From the NCBI GenBank assembly GCA_964610875.1, contig CAZSWP010000036.1, positions 1 through 37,074 of the forward strand: 37,074 nt of DNA, written 5' to 3'. Within the stretch, counting starts at the first letter, position 1. Every line of letters begins with the position of its first letter. Below the pieces are notes generated by a model, which saw only the letters and a program-made list of their open reading frames with translations, made no database searches and was not told the DNA's origin. The stretch comes from an uncultured archaeon (GTDB taxonomy: Archaea; Asgardarchaeota; Thorarchaeia; Thorarchaeales; Thorarchaeaceae). Made by a program: the position numbers and the translations under genes. This document shows positions 27,962-37,074 of this stretch, piece after piece.

Positions 27962-28122
27962 ATGCAGAACTACCCCGATGATGAAGGTGCTCTTGGCTTA
28001 TACTTGAAGGTATCGCCAATGAATTCGAATAGTGAATGAAGATAGTACTCAAACCACCATCCTCATATTAGTTACAGTGAACAGCTGCCAACACAACAAC
28101 ATGACAATTCGAGGTGTTCACA

Positions 28123-28869
28123 GTGATTATTCGTACAATCCTCTTCGACTTACATCATACATTGACAAAAACCAACGAGTCAGTGATCTCTATGTTCCGC
28201 CAAATATGTTCTGAGCATGGAATCAATTTAGAAAATCATTCTGAACAAGATATTTCATCTGCTTTTAGAGTGTCTGATAAATGGCTCAACTCCATCCAGA
28301 TAAAGATGAATGTTGACAAACATCATGGTACAGACCCTGAAGATTGGATAGAAGCAAATAGCATTCTTTTCAAAGAACTAGGTTTCAACAAACTAACCAA
28401 GGACGTTATTTATCAGATAGAGAATGAGTTCCAAGAAGCTCGATGGAAGAGGAACTGGGAATCACTGAAAGAAGATTCATATGATACCTTAGAAACACTC
28501 TCCACGCGAGGTTACAAAATCGGTATTTGTACCAGACGTCATGATAATCCAGCAAAATTTTTAGAAAAAGTAGGTATTGATAGATTCCTATCAGTAATCA
28601 CTTGGTCCGGAGTCACTGGATACGCAAAACCAAGTCCATACACTCTATTGGAAGCTGCATATCAAATTGGAATCAATCCCAAGCTTTGTGCGTTTGTGGG
28701 TAATTATGTCGACTCTGATGTGGAAGCTGCGATTCGTTGCTATATGTTTCCTATTCTATTGACATGGGCCAACCCCAGTGAGAAAGAGATTGCTCCAGAT
28801 GACACTCTAGTTCTAGAAAATCCCAGCGATTTGCTAGAAATCTTCAAGAACCCAGAGGTTCCTCTGTAG
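28123..28869 (+). CDS. HAD-superfamily hydrolase with atypical motifs
   Basis: ILFDLHHTL (motif I), ICT (II), KP (III), FVGNYVDSDV (IV). GTG start after gaggtg. Confidence 0.85.
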   Translation: MIIRTILFDLHHTLTKTNESVISMFRQICSEHGINLENHSEQDISSAFRVSDKWLNSIQIKMNVDKHHGTDPEDWIEANSILFKELGFNKLTKDVIYQIENEFQEARWKRNWESLKEDSYDTLETLSTRGYKIGICTRRHDNPAKFLEKVGIDRFLSVITWSGVTGYAKPSPYTLLEAAYQIGINPKLCAFVGNYVDSDVEAAIRCYMFPILLTWANPSEKEIAPDDTLVLENPSDLLEIFKNPEVPL

Positions 28870-30172
28870 ATGTAGAATCTTCTGCTGTCATTTTCTCTTG
28901 ATCAGTTTGTATATTGTTTTCAGAAACGCCAAATCTCCTGAACTTATTCTTCAGGAACGTGCTAAAAGATGACATTATCCTGACTGGGAGAACAGCAATT
29001 CCGAATAGGCTTCTCAGTAACTTATTTTTTATTGTAGCTCTCTCAGGATAGCCAATATATGATAAAGTATGTTCTCTCAGAATGTCATCTAAGGCAACCG
29101 CTAAAGCTTGTTTTCCCAGCTTGGGGATATTCAATCCTTGGAAAACATCACTCTCATCAAAGCTCTTGGAGTCGATGACACTCTTCCATTTCAGATATTT
29201 TGCTTTTTCAATAATATCATACAGACTATAGGATAATTCTCCCAAATATGGTAAAAGGTCTTGCTGGAGTTCTGTAGGAGTTGGTTCGGATTCTAGTTCA
29301 TCATGTATTCTTTTTGCGGGTTCATAACCCATAACAGGTGGTTTAAACCAGAGAATGTGAAGCAGTCCCTCAATTCTTCTTAGTGTTTCTTTATTACGTT
29401 CCTCAAGATGTTTTGGGACCTCATCAAGTACAACTTCTTTTGCCTTACCTATTGTCCCTCGTGATAGGTTTCTCCAAGCCTTTTCCAATTGAATTACAGC
29501 TTGAGCGTATCTATAGAATTTGAAATCCAGTGCTTCTTCAATTTCGTTGGCATCAAGTACTTCAATGCATTTGACTGACCAACTTTTATTTCCTGACGCA
29601 ATTTCCCAAATCAATTGGGATATACTTGTTCCATTTCTTTCGCTTCTTGGAATCTCTAAACGTAATGCATGGTCTCCCGGTTGTGCAACTAAATGACATT
29701 TGTCCAATACTCCTTCAACTGTATCAAATTTTGTAACATCTGTAGGGAACAGATCCAGAGCTCCATGTCCTGTTGTTGACCAGCAATACATATTCCCAGT
29801 TTCAGTGCTTCTTTCGATAATTATTCGTTCTTTATCGCCAAGATGGTCAAATTGATCAGTCAAACCTTTACTATATGCCATCACTCCATATACAACATAC
29901 CTTTCCTTCCTTGCATCAAGCCCTGGCATTCTAAGAATAAGTCCTACCATATCGAGAGGTTCTCCAGAAGACAACCAAGCTCCAGTAGCTTGATCCCATT
30001 CCCATCTGTCCCCCAGTTGATAGAAAACCTCACGTAAAGACCTAAGATCCTTTGCTTCTTTTGCCTGTCTTAGCGTTTCAGATTCCCATGACTCATAGTC
30101 CTTTTTCATCTTGGACATACTCTTTTGTTCTAATTCCAACCATCGCGAGTCGATTTTTAGGCGCACTTTCAT
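28844..30172 (-). CDS. Hypothetical protein with possible Vps62/NPP1-like domain
   Basis: 442-aa ORF with HLGDKE, WSTTGHG and VAQPGDHA motifs, then a helical C-half. The family call is tentative. Confidence 0.7.
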   Translation of the reverse strand: MKVRLKIDSRWLELEQKSMSKMKKDYESWESETLRQAKEAKDLRSLREVFYQLGDRWEWDQATGAWLSSGEPLDMVGLILRMPGLDARKERYVVYGVMAYSKGLTDQFDHLGDKERIIIERSTETGNMYCWSTTGHGALDLFPTDVTKFDTVEGVLDKCHLVAQPGDHALRLEIPRSERNGTSISQLIWEIASGNKSWSVKCIEVLDANEIEEALDFKFYRYAQAVIQLEKAWRNLSRGTIGKAKEVVLDEVPKHLEERNKETLRRIEGLLHILWFKPPVMGYEPAKRIHDELESEPTPTELQQDLLPYLGELSYSLYDIIEKAKYLKWKSVIDSKSFDESDVFQGLNIPKLGKQALAVALDDILREHTLSYIGYPERATIKNKLLRSLFGIAVLPVRIMSSFSTFLKNKFRRFGVSENNIQTDQEKMTAEDSTSTEEPLGS

Positions 30173-30301
30173 TTTTAGGACACTCTATAATTCCATCAAG
30201 CTTGTATAACCTCTCGATATGAGTAGTTGTGATATAGATGCTTCCAAACCTATCGTAGTTTTGTATGTTCTTATGGATATCGTTAGACGAACCTGTTCAA
30301 A

Positions 30302-31294
30302 TCATTTACATCCGTCTAATAGTAGGTCAGCTATTTTGGGAATATCCTCATTTAATATTGTTATCTTTAAGAATGAGTGGGGTCTTGACAATGAAATCTC
30401 TTTTGATATGTTTTCAATCGTTATCTCGTGCGATTCTTCAGAGAATCTCAAATTCCAGGTGTTGATTTTGTTTTCCAGTTTTTCTTTAGTTTCATAGAAT
30501 GCTATGCTATCATAAAAGGTAACGACGAACTTCTCAGGTTCATCTTTTGGGAGTCCAAGTTTATAGATGATATTGACATATGGATCTCGGGTTTTGAATT
30601 CTATTTTGATATCATTGAGAATAAAGCTATCATCCAAAATTTTCCATTCAATGAGCTTTTGACTTTTCCATCCTAGAGTATCACTAACATAATCAGTTTT
30701 GGCAATTACATAGTATTCCAAGTGAGTAAGGTATTCAGAGTATGTTCCGTTCTTTGCATTTATGTAAGCTGAGTAATAGCTTCCTAGTAAAATTGCTGAA
30801 ACCACCATCGCTGAAATCAACATCAGTATAATCCTAGGACCAAAAATCAACACCATTATAGTGGATGCCATTGACCAAACACCTACAGCAAACCATGCCA
30901 AGTCGTTAGTATCATCTTTTGTGTCTTCTTCAACAGATTCCGCTTCTATTATCATTCTCTCAAATACTCTAGATATCTCTTCAGTATGCACTTTTACTTC
31001 CTTCAAACGCCACCTGTGATTGAGTGATGAAGGTTCAATTAATCCAAGCAAAGATTTTGCTTGTGCTCCTTTTGAGTGATATACTCGTGTTAGCGTCATA
31101 CCTAGCGTAATTTGAAATATCAGTGATACTATTGCTAGGGTTGGTACATCAGGAATTAGAAAAATGAGAAAGAGACCAAATGTAAGTACAACTAGGAATG
31201 CAAAAATGCTGAAGAGCACTATTACATGGGTTTCTCGGACCCGTGTCCAATCAAGAACCTTCTGGGATCCTTCAAATGGTTCTCCAAGACTCAT
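30302..31294 (-). CDS. Hypothetical membrane protein (2+2 TM plus soluble C-domain)
   Basis: 330-aa ORF with two TM hairpins separated by a soluble region. Confidence 0.8.
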   Translation of the reverse strand: MSLGEPFEGSQKVLDWTRVRETHVIVLFSIFAFLVVLTFGLFLIFLIPDVPTLAIVSLIFQITLGMTLTRVYHSKGAQAKSLLGLIEPSSLNHRWRLKEVKVHTEEISRVFERMIIEAESVEEDTKDDTNDLAWFAVGVWSMASTIMVLIFGPRIILMLISAMVVSAILLGSYYSAYINAKNGTYSEYLTHLEYYVIAKTDYVSDTLGWKSQKLIEWKILDDSFILNDIKIEFKTRDPYVNIIYKLGLPKDEPEKFVVTFYDSIAFYETKEKLENKINTWNLRFSEESHEITIENISKEISLSRPHSFLKITILNEDIPKIADLLLDGCK

Positions 31295-31411
31295 TTCGTT
31301 TACCTGTTGTTTAGGATGAAACTCTAACGTATTGATTAATCTTTATGGATATAGCTTGGATACAACATTCTTGTAAAAGCTTCATGATCTCTGTAAATTC
31401 AGGTATTTATC

Positions 31412-31804
31412 CTAATCTATGAAATACACATTTCCTTCATTTTCATGTGCAATAATACGAATATGCATGCCATTCTCAAGTACGTTGGTCGCATCAAAAA
31501 CTCTGATTAGTGCTATAGCTTCCTGTGTGTGTGCAGAAGCTGAAAATTCACTGATTGGATCTCCAAACTCAGCTAGTACAGCTCCACATTGCTCAAACAG
31601 TTCATGTAAGATCTTTGGATTTTCTTTCAGGTAATGGTTTAGGTCATCAGAAAGGATAGCCACATTATCAGACTTCCATTGTCTGGAGAGCTGTTCAATT
31701 TCAAGGATGATTACCACAGTACCACTGAACTCGCCATCTTCTCCAACTGATTCTCCTTTTAGTATTGGAAAAAGTACTGTATCATTTTCTTTATCATCCA
31801 TCAC
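31412..31804 (-). CDS. Stand-alone PEP-utilising mobile (swiveling phosphohistidine) domain-like protein lacking the phospho-His
   Basis: LKG.SV..G..SGTVVII...GAVLAEFGDPISE..A......I.V.DATNVLENG..I.I....G.V pattern. Confidence 0.7.
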   Translation of the reverse strand: MMDDKENDTVLFPILKGESVGEDGEFSGTVVIILEIEQLSRQWKSDNVAILSDDLNHYLKENPKILHELFEQCGAVLAEFGDPISEFSASAHTQEAIALIRVFDATNVLENGMHIRIIAHENEGNVYFID

Positions 31805-31955
31805 ATCGATACACCTACAATTCTGAAGATAACTAAATTATCTCATTACATAGAGATGCCTTTAATCTTTCGTGCACGTTTCAGAAGGAGATGCGGAGCA
31901 AATAAATCCGAATTCAGTATGAAATTACTTACTCGAACCTAAAGAGGCTAAAACT

Positions 31956-32480
31956 ATGGTTGTATATGAATTTGAGGGAAGAATCCCAGAAATTGGAGAG
32001 AATAGCTATGTCAGTACCACAGCTTCTGTTATTGGTAAGGTGACCATTGGATCTGAGTGTTATATCGCACCTGGTGCTGTAGTCAAAGGTGACTATGGCG
32101 AAATAGTAATTGGGAATGGGACTAGTGTCCAAGATAATGTAGTAGTCCATGCAAGACCGGATGAAACCACTATAATTGGAGATAATGTTACTCTTGGTCA
32201 TGGATGTATAATCCACAATGCAACAGTAAATAATGAAGCTGTGATTGGAATGGGTGCTATTGTATCTGACTATGCTGATATTGGCGAATGGAGCATCGTT
32301 GGTGAGGGTGCAGTAGTTAGAGCCAGATTTCAAGTTCCCCCAGGCAAAATTGCAGTGGGAGTACCTGCAAAAATAATTGGAGATATTCAAGAACATCACA
32401 AGGAAGAATTAACCAGATTCAAATCAGTCTATCGAGACCTTGCAAAGAGATATCCTGATGGATTGAAGAAAATGTCGTGA
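31956..32480 (+). CDS. Gamma carbonic anhydrase family (CaiE/PaaY/YrdA-like)
   Basis: Hexapeptide repeats; QDNVVVH, GHGCIIH metal-binding His triad; GVPAK. Confidence 0.93.
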   Translation: MVVYEFEGRIPEIGENSYVSTTASVIGKVTIGSECYIAPGAVVKGDYGEIVIGNGTSVQDNVVVHARPDETTIIGDNVTLGHGCIIHNATVNNEAVIGMGAIVSDYADIGEWSIVGEGAVVRARFQVPPGKIAVGVPAKIIGDIQEHHKEELTRFKSVYRDLAKRYPDGLKKMS

Positions 32481-32515
32481 TAATAAATAGATGAGGGCCT
32501 CGCCCCACCAAATAT

Positions 32516-33277
32516 CTACGCCATCGAAACCATTTTGTCTCTGTTGAATTGCTTCACTGCAAGTATCCAGGTCACAGCAAATAGTGCAATTGAGATCATA
32601 ATGGTAATAATATTTGTAATCCATACAAGATTTTGATCTACTAATCCAGTAACTGGATCAATACTTATCCAAGGAACCATCATGGGAATAATGAAGATGA
32701 GCACAACAGCTCCAGTCATTTGGTATGCTTCATAGACTCGTGAAACCTTTCCACTTATCAGAATCATTACAGCTACCACCGCTAGAATGGTGAATGGGAC
32801 ACCAACGAATAGGAGTACTAAATCTGGGAGGGTTAGTACCATCATGATGCCTAATCCCAAATAGAAAGATGTAGCAAATCCAGCTACTAATGTTATGAGA
32901 ACACTTCCTACAAGAATTGCTAAACATGGTATTGCTGAGCTGAGTAGTTTTCCATATAGAAGCTCTTGATCAGTAAGAGGTGTGCAGAGAAGCGGCTCCA
33001 AGGTACGTTGTTCTCTTTCACCAACGAGTGCATTTGCTGAAATCATTGTACTTGGAATTATGGAAAAGATGGCTAACATTATTGCCAACGTTGATCCAAG
33101 AATCGAGATTAAGATTGCAAATTCTTCTGGAGGTATCCCTATAACAATAAAGCTACCAAAAAGAAGAATTGCCATTAACGGTCCAAATGCTCCTGCCATT
33201 ATGAGGCCATATTTGACGAACCGAACTTTCATGGCCATTTTCAAATCTGCTTTTGCTACAATCATCGATTTGTTCAT
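32516..33277 (-). CDS. ABC-2 type exporter permease
   Basis: About 6 TM; GEREQRTLEPLLCTPL...LLYGK. Confidence 0.92.
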   Translation of the reverse strand: MNKSMIVAKADLKMAMKVRFVKYGLIMAGAFGPLMAILLFGSFIVIGIPPEEFAILISILGSTLAIMLAIFSIIPSTMISANALVGEREQRTLEPLLCTPLTDQELLYGKLLSSAIPCLAILVGSVLITLVAGFATSFYLGLGIMMVLTLPDLVLLFVGVPFTILAVVAVMILISGKVSRVYEAYQMTGAVVLIFIIPMMVPWISIDPVTGLVDQNLVWITNIITIMISIALFAVTWILAVKQFNRDKMVSMA

Positions 33278-34233
33278 TGGACATCTCCTCCTTTTATCAC
33301 CTGAAGATATAGGTCTTCCAATGTTGTTTCTTCTTCTGCAAATTCAACCAGATTGACTCCTTGATCTATCATGGTTCGCATTAATCTGGAATTATTCTGC
33401 ATTGGGTTTTCAATTTCCACAACTAGTGTATCCGCTTCTTGTTCTACTGATTTTACGAAACTTTGACTCTCAGCAATAATACGTGCCCTTTCTAATTCTC
33501 CTTGGATGAGTATACGATACTTTTGTTGTGCCTTGAGTTTACCTCGTAATTCAAGAGTATTTCCAGCTAGTAATATTCTACCTTCATCAATGATGGCTAT
33601 CTTATCGCAGAGTCTCTGAACTTCTGCCAGATTGTGTGAGTTTATGAAGAAGGTCTGATTGTATTTTTGGGCAAGATTCAGAATTAACTCCCTTACACGT
33701 TTCGCTGCGATGGGGTCAAGTGCTGAAGTGGGCTCATCCAACAAGAGAACACTTGGTTCATGTAGAAGTGCTCTGCATAAAGCTAATCGTTGTCGATTTC
33801 CAGTACTAAGTTCTCCTGCGTTATCATCCTTTCTATCCCATAACTCCATGAATTTCAGTAATTCCTTAATCCTCTGTGGAATTTTATTCTCTGGAATATT
33901 GTAGAGCCTAGCAAAATATTCTAGATTTTCATAGGCACTCATTGTTGGGTACAAGGTATGATTACCTTCTTCAGGTAGAACTCCTGTCCTCTCTCTTACT
34001 TTTACTGGCTCTTGAAGTATATCATGTCCAGCTACGATTGCCGTACCACTATCTGGTCTAAGTAGTGTGCAAAGCAGACGGATTGTTGTACTCTTTCCCG
34101 CCCCATTTGGGCCTAATAGACCAAAGATAGAGCCAGGCTGAACATCTAATGAAACTCCATTGACTGCAATAATATCTCCAAAGCACTTTGTCAACTCGGA
34201 TATTTTTACCTCATACACTTTTACCACATCCAA
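33274..34233 (-). CDS. ABC-2 type exporter ATP-binding protein
   Basis: GPNGAGKST, LSTGNRQR, LLLDEPTSALD, NSH. Confidence 0.95.
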   Translation of the reverse strand: MDVVKVYEVKISELTKCFGDIIAVNGVSLDVQPGSIFGLLGPNGAGKSTTIRLLCTLLRPDSGTAIVAGHDILQEPVKVRERTGVLPEEGNHTLYPTMSAYENLEYFARLYNIPENKIPQRIKELLKFMELWDRKDDNAGELSTGNRQRLALCRALLHEPSVLLLDEPTSALDPIAAKRVRELILNLAQKYNQTFFINSHNLAEVQRLCDKIAIIDEGRILLAGNTLELRGKLKAQQKYRILIQGELERARIIAESQSFVKSVEQEADTLVVEIENPMQNNSRLMRTMIDQGVNLVEFAEEETTLEDLYLQVIKGGDVQ

Positions 34234-34336
34234 TGAGTAATAGAAATCGATTAAAGGTTTTGAACATCTTTTCGAATTTGCTAACTAATTTGAATAAAAA
34301 GAAGCTGGCGTTTTCAAAATATCCTCTCAATTGTAA

Positions 34337-34588
34337 TTAAACCGAATACATTTTTTCTACCACTGCTGTAGAGGTTTCAATTATGCCAGGAATTTTGTGT
34401 ATTCTATGTACTGTAATATCATAGAGAGCTTCCAAGCTTTCTACTTCGACTAGTACAATTATGTCAAACTGTCCAGTAGTAACAGAAACTCTCACAGCCT
34501 CATCGATCTCTCTAAGTTGGTTAATCACATCATCCGTATGACCGATTTCTACGGCAAGTAAAACATATGCCTTTACTGTTTCTGTCAT
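34337..34588 (-). CDS. Stand-alone Lrp/AsnC ligand-binding (RAM) domain protein
   Basis: AYVLLAVEIG, TTGQFDII, IHKIPGIIETST; no HTH. Confidence 0.92.
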   Translation of the reverse strand: MTETVKAYVLLAVEIGHTDDVINQLREIDEAVRVSVTTGQFDIIVLVEVESLEALYDITVHRIHKIPGIIETSTAVVEKMYSV

Positions 34589-34600
34589 TTATTTCAAACC

Positions 34601-35860
34601 TCACCTGTATTCTTTCATAATCACTAATGTTTCTACTGAATCTACTTGAGGTATCATCTGTACCTTTTGAAGTATGTTTGTTCTTGTTTTCTTCAGACTT
34701 CTACTCTTGATGCTAAGCATATAGTCCATTGTACCAGCAATTGCTGAAGCTTGTTCAACACCCTTAATATCAAATAGTTCCGGTAGAATATCACCTGTGC
34801 CTGGTTTTACTTTGATCAAGACAAGTGCTCTCACATCTGCTGCCTCCAATGCAATTACACCAATCATGACAAGAATGACCCCGAAAATCTTCAATGCCCA
34901 CAGAAATCCATCAGCTGTCACAATACCAAATGCACCGGGAATAAGGAGATTTCCTATCAGTGTCATTGGAATTCCGAGAACAACGGATATTGATGAAAGA
35001 GAATTAACTACAGCCATCGATCCGCGACCAAGTGCTCTAACATACATTACCAGCGCAAGAAATGTGGCGACCGAGGAACCAATCATTGGTATTAACAAAG
35101 GTGCGAAGTAGACAGTAAAAAGTTCTATTATGTTCACGGGAGTATATGGTATTGAAAGAAGTGTCATCATAGTATTTAGTACAAGTAAGCTCCAAACTCG
35201 CATATTGAGTGAATCAACATTCAATCCTGGACTAATCTCCATCCTTTTCGTTATTCTTTGAAAATATGTCATGAATGCAGATGAGATGTTCATAGGAACA
35301 AGGACAATGAATAATGTAACTAAATCAAAACCCCCTGGTTCAACACCTACTAGTATTACTCCGAACATAATTGACACAATACATTGCATCTCAATTATAG
35401 TTGGAGTGTCTTTTTCTGCCATAAGATCTCCAAGAAGTAGGTAGATGATTACTAGTTGTCCGTAGGGGAGTACTGTGGACGCATCTTTTGCTCCTGCAAT
35501 CAGATAATAAGAGAAAGTGGCAATTCCTGCAAATACTCCACCAATAATTAGGTATACCATAGGTTTCTTGGGAAGGAGTCTGAAACGCCCAAAATCAGGA
35601 TCCAATCTAAATCCTATTGGTCGTTTCTTTTCGCCTGTTTTGATCTTTATACTCAAAACTATGACGAGAGAGAACGTGATGACGAATGATACCCACTGAG
35701 ATAATACACCATATACAATTGGATCGACATCTGACGTGTTGAGTGCAACGATATCGAATCCTACAGAAAGGGTTCGCATGACCCCTGATCCGAGAGCAAG
35801 AAAGTAAAAGACTGTGACAGCTGAACGCCTTCCAAACGGTCTCTGGCTTCTACTAGACAT
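34601..35860 (-). CDS. EamA/DMT-like membrane protein fused to a C-terminal Lrp/AsnC RAM domain
   Basis: About 10 TM in two repeats, then ALVLIKVKPG...IAGTMDYML...VQMIPQVDSVETLV. Confidence 0.75.
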   Translation of the reverse strand: MSSRSQRPFGRRSAVTVFYFLALGSGVMRTLSVGFDIVALNTSDVDPIVYGVLSQWVSFVITFSLVIVLSIKIKTGEKKRPIGFRLDPDFGRFRLLPKKPMVYLIIGGVFAGIATFSYYLIAGAKDASTVLPYGQLVIIYLLLGDLMAEKDTPTIIEMQCIVSIMFGVILVGVEPGGFDLVTLFIVLVPMNISSAFMTYFQRITKRMEISPGLNVDSLNMRVWSLLVLNTMMTLLSIPYTPVNIIELFTVYFAPLLIPMIGSSVATFLALVMYVRALGRGSMAVVNSLSSISVVLGIPMTLIGNLLIPGAFGIVTADGFLWALKIFGVILVMIGVIALEAADVRALVLIKVKPGTGDILPELFDIKGVEQASAIAGTMDYMLSIKSRSLKKTRTNILQKVQMIPQVDSVETLVIMKEYR

Positions 35861-35914
35861 GCAGAATCCCCCTCTTCAGAAACTTAGTGCAACATAGTTT
35901 GTGCTCTTGAGTTT

Positions 35915-36880
35915 CTATTCGGTTTCATCATCTGAATTTTCTTCTTTGTCTTTTGAACCACTCTTACCTTTCTTTTTGTCGTCGCCAACAACTCTTCTAG
36001 CGAGAATGAACTCATCAAAGGTTAGTCTTTTACCTGATTTAAGCTTATCAACTGCTTCTTCTACTTTCTCTCTCTCTTGAGCTTTCTGACGGGTCTTGCG
36101 TTCATATCGTTCTGATTCTTTATGTTCAGATGAGTGTTTTCTTAATTTGCCGTGAATTTCATCAATCTGTGTTCTAACAGCTTTGAGGATTGCTTCACCA
36201 TCTTTGACTTTCTTCAACCATTCTACAAAATTCTGATGTGCAGTGTCTGCCAACTTTTTGTATTCTTCAAGTTGAGGTCTTATTCGAACAACTTCTTGAT
36301 GATGAACTTGTGATTTTTCAGAAAGATCCAAAACTTTCTGATGTGCATCAGAAGCCTCAGTTTTTAATTTTCTTGCAAGACGACGGAGTTCACTAATTCT
36401 ATCTTGTTTCTCTTTCTCTTGGCCGATTTTGACTAGCTTGGTTTCGATTGTAGCAATCTCCTCAACAATGGATCGTTCTTCTTCTATTGTGAGCTGTTCT
36501 GTTTGTTGTTTCCATTCTAGTTCTTCAACTCGACGCATCATTCTACGCTGATCATTGGATGGGCTACCAACAAGATTGGAACGAAGCTCCCTTATCTCAT
36601 CATAGACGCTCTTTAATTGAGCATGGAGAGCTGTTCTCTTGTCTTTTGCTTCACCTATATCAGCATTAATCCTATCTCTTTCTTCGCGTTCAGCTTTCAC
36701 TGATTCAATAAGGCTCTTGACTTCCTTATTGTGGTCATCGCGTATTCTCTTGTACTCCCGCATCTTATCGCGGTTTCTTCGGAGTTCCTCAAGATCTTCT
36801 CTAGCTTGACTTTTCAATTCCCTAAGTTTAGCTCGAAGGAACTCAACATCCTCTGGCATTGTTTCGGCGGCTTCTGTCAA
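35915..36880 (-). CDS. Archaeal long coiled-coil protein
   Basis: Continuous heptads; ELEWKQQT..LT.EEE..IVEEI, ADTAH, KLKSGKRLTFDE. Start is TTG 36880 or ATG 36859. Confidence 0.85.
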   Translation of the reverse strand: MTEAAETMPEDVEFLRAKLRELKSQAREDLEELRRNRDKMREYKRIRDDHNKEVKSLIESVKAEREERDRINADIGEAKDKRTALHAQLKSVYDEIRELRSNLVGSPSNDQRRMMRRVEELEWKQQTEQLTIEEERSIVEEIATIETKLVKIGQEKEKQDRISELRRLARKLKTEASDAHQKVLDLSEKSQVHHQEVVRIRPQLEEYKKLADTAHQNFVEWLKKVKDGEAILKAVRTQIDEIHGKLRKHSSEHKESERYERKTRQKAQEREKVEEAVDKLKSGKRLTFDEFILARRVVGDDKKKGKSGSKDKEENSDDETE

Positions 36881-36916
36881 AATCTGAAACCTCAGAATTT
36901 CGTTTTGCTTGCCCTG

Positions 36917-37031
36917 TTCTACAGGACGGATTACGAATTTACCGGAAAAGTAATCTCACCAATCCGGCTTCACGTAATTCATCGCTTGAGAGCCTTCTTA
37001 AAAGTCTATCCATGAGACCGGCTCTGTAGAA
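36917..37031 (-). ncRNA. Candidate structured leader upstream of the coiled-coil gene
   Basis: Closing stem 36917-36924/37024-37031 plus internal stems 36930-36935/36973-36978, 36942-36946/36963-36967 and 36989-36994/37020-37025. Confidence 0.4.
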
Positions 37032-37074
37032 AAAGTCACCTCCTAGCACACTCCAGATAGTTCAACCGTTCGAT

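Noticed and set aside
126-37015. Many short ORFs in the track that overlap or are antisense to the called genes (e.g. 1207..1437, 2584..2964, 14095..14457, 24917..25393, 31929..32399, 36731..37015)
   Set aside because: Shadow frames of well-supported CDS, with no recognisable motifs.
36917-37031. 5S rRNA (similar size and three-way topology)
   Set aside because: Lacks the conserved CCGAAC loop and other 5S sequence hallmarks.

Overview
Chromosomal window from an archaeon, most likely an Asgard archaeon (Thorarchaeia-like; an inference from archaeal RadA, PheRS, aRF1 and geranylgeranyl reductase occurring with a roadblock protein and two Rab-like GTPases). It is gene-dense with about 38 CDS. 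Housekeeping: radA, GGR, purA, pheS/pheT, aRF1, ino1, ssb. Redox and lipid genes: SCP2-glcD-glcF-like operon, rubrerythrin, NAD(P)H oxidoreductase. It also has several transporters. I saw no rRNA, tRNA, CRISPR array, transposase or integrase. Strongest leads: (1) a Rab-like GTPase pair flanking a protein whose C-terminus resembles the Vps28 (ESCRT-I) CTD; (2) a Cas4-like Fe-S nuclease split across two translationally coupled genes, each half with its own TM anchor; (3) Mre11 with a miniature Rad50 lacking the zinc hook; (4) two unexplained structured non-coding regions (about 18.28-18.56 kb and 36.9-37.04 kb); (5) a protein with Vps62/NPP1-like motifs; (6) several enzymes with substituted catalytic residues. 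All family calls come from motif recognition by eye, with no database searches.
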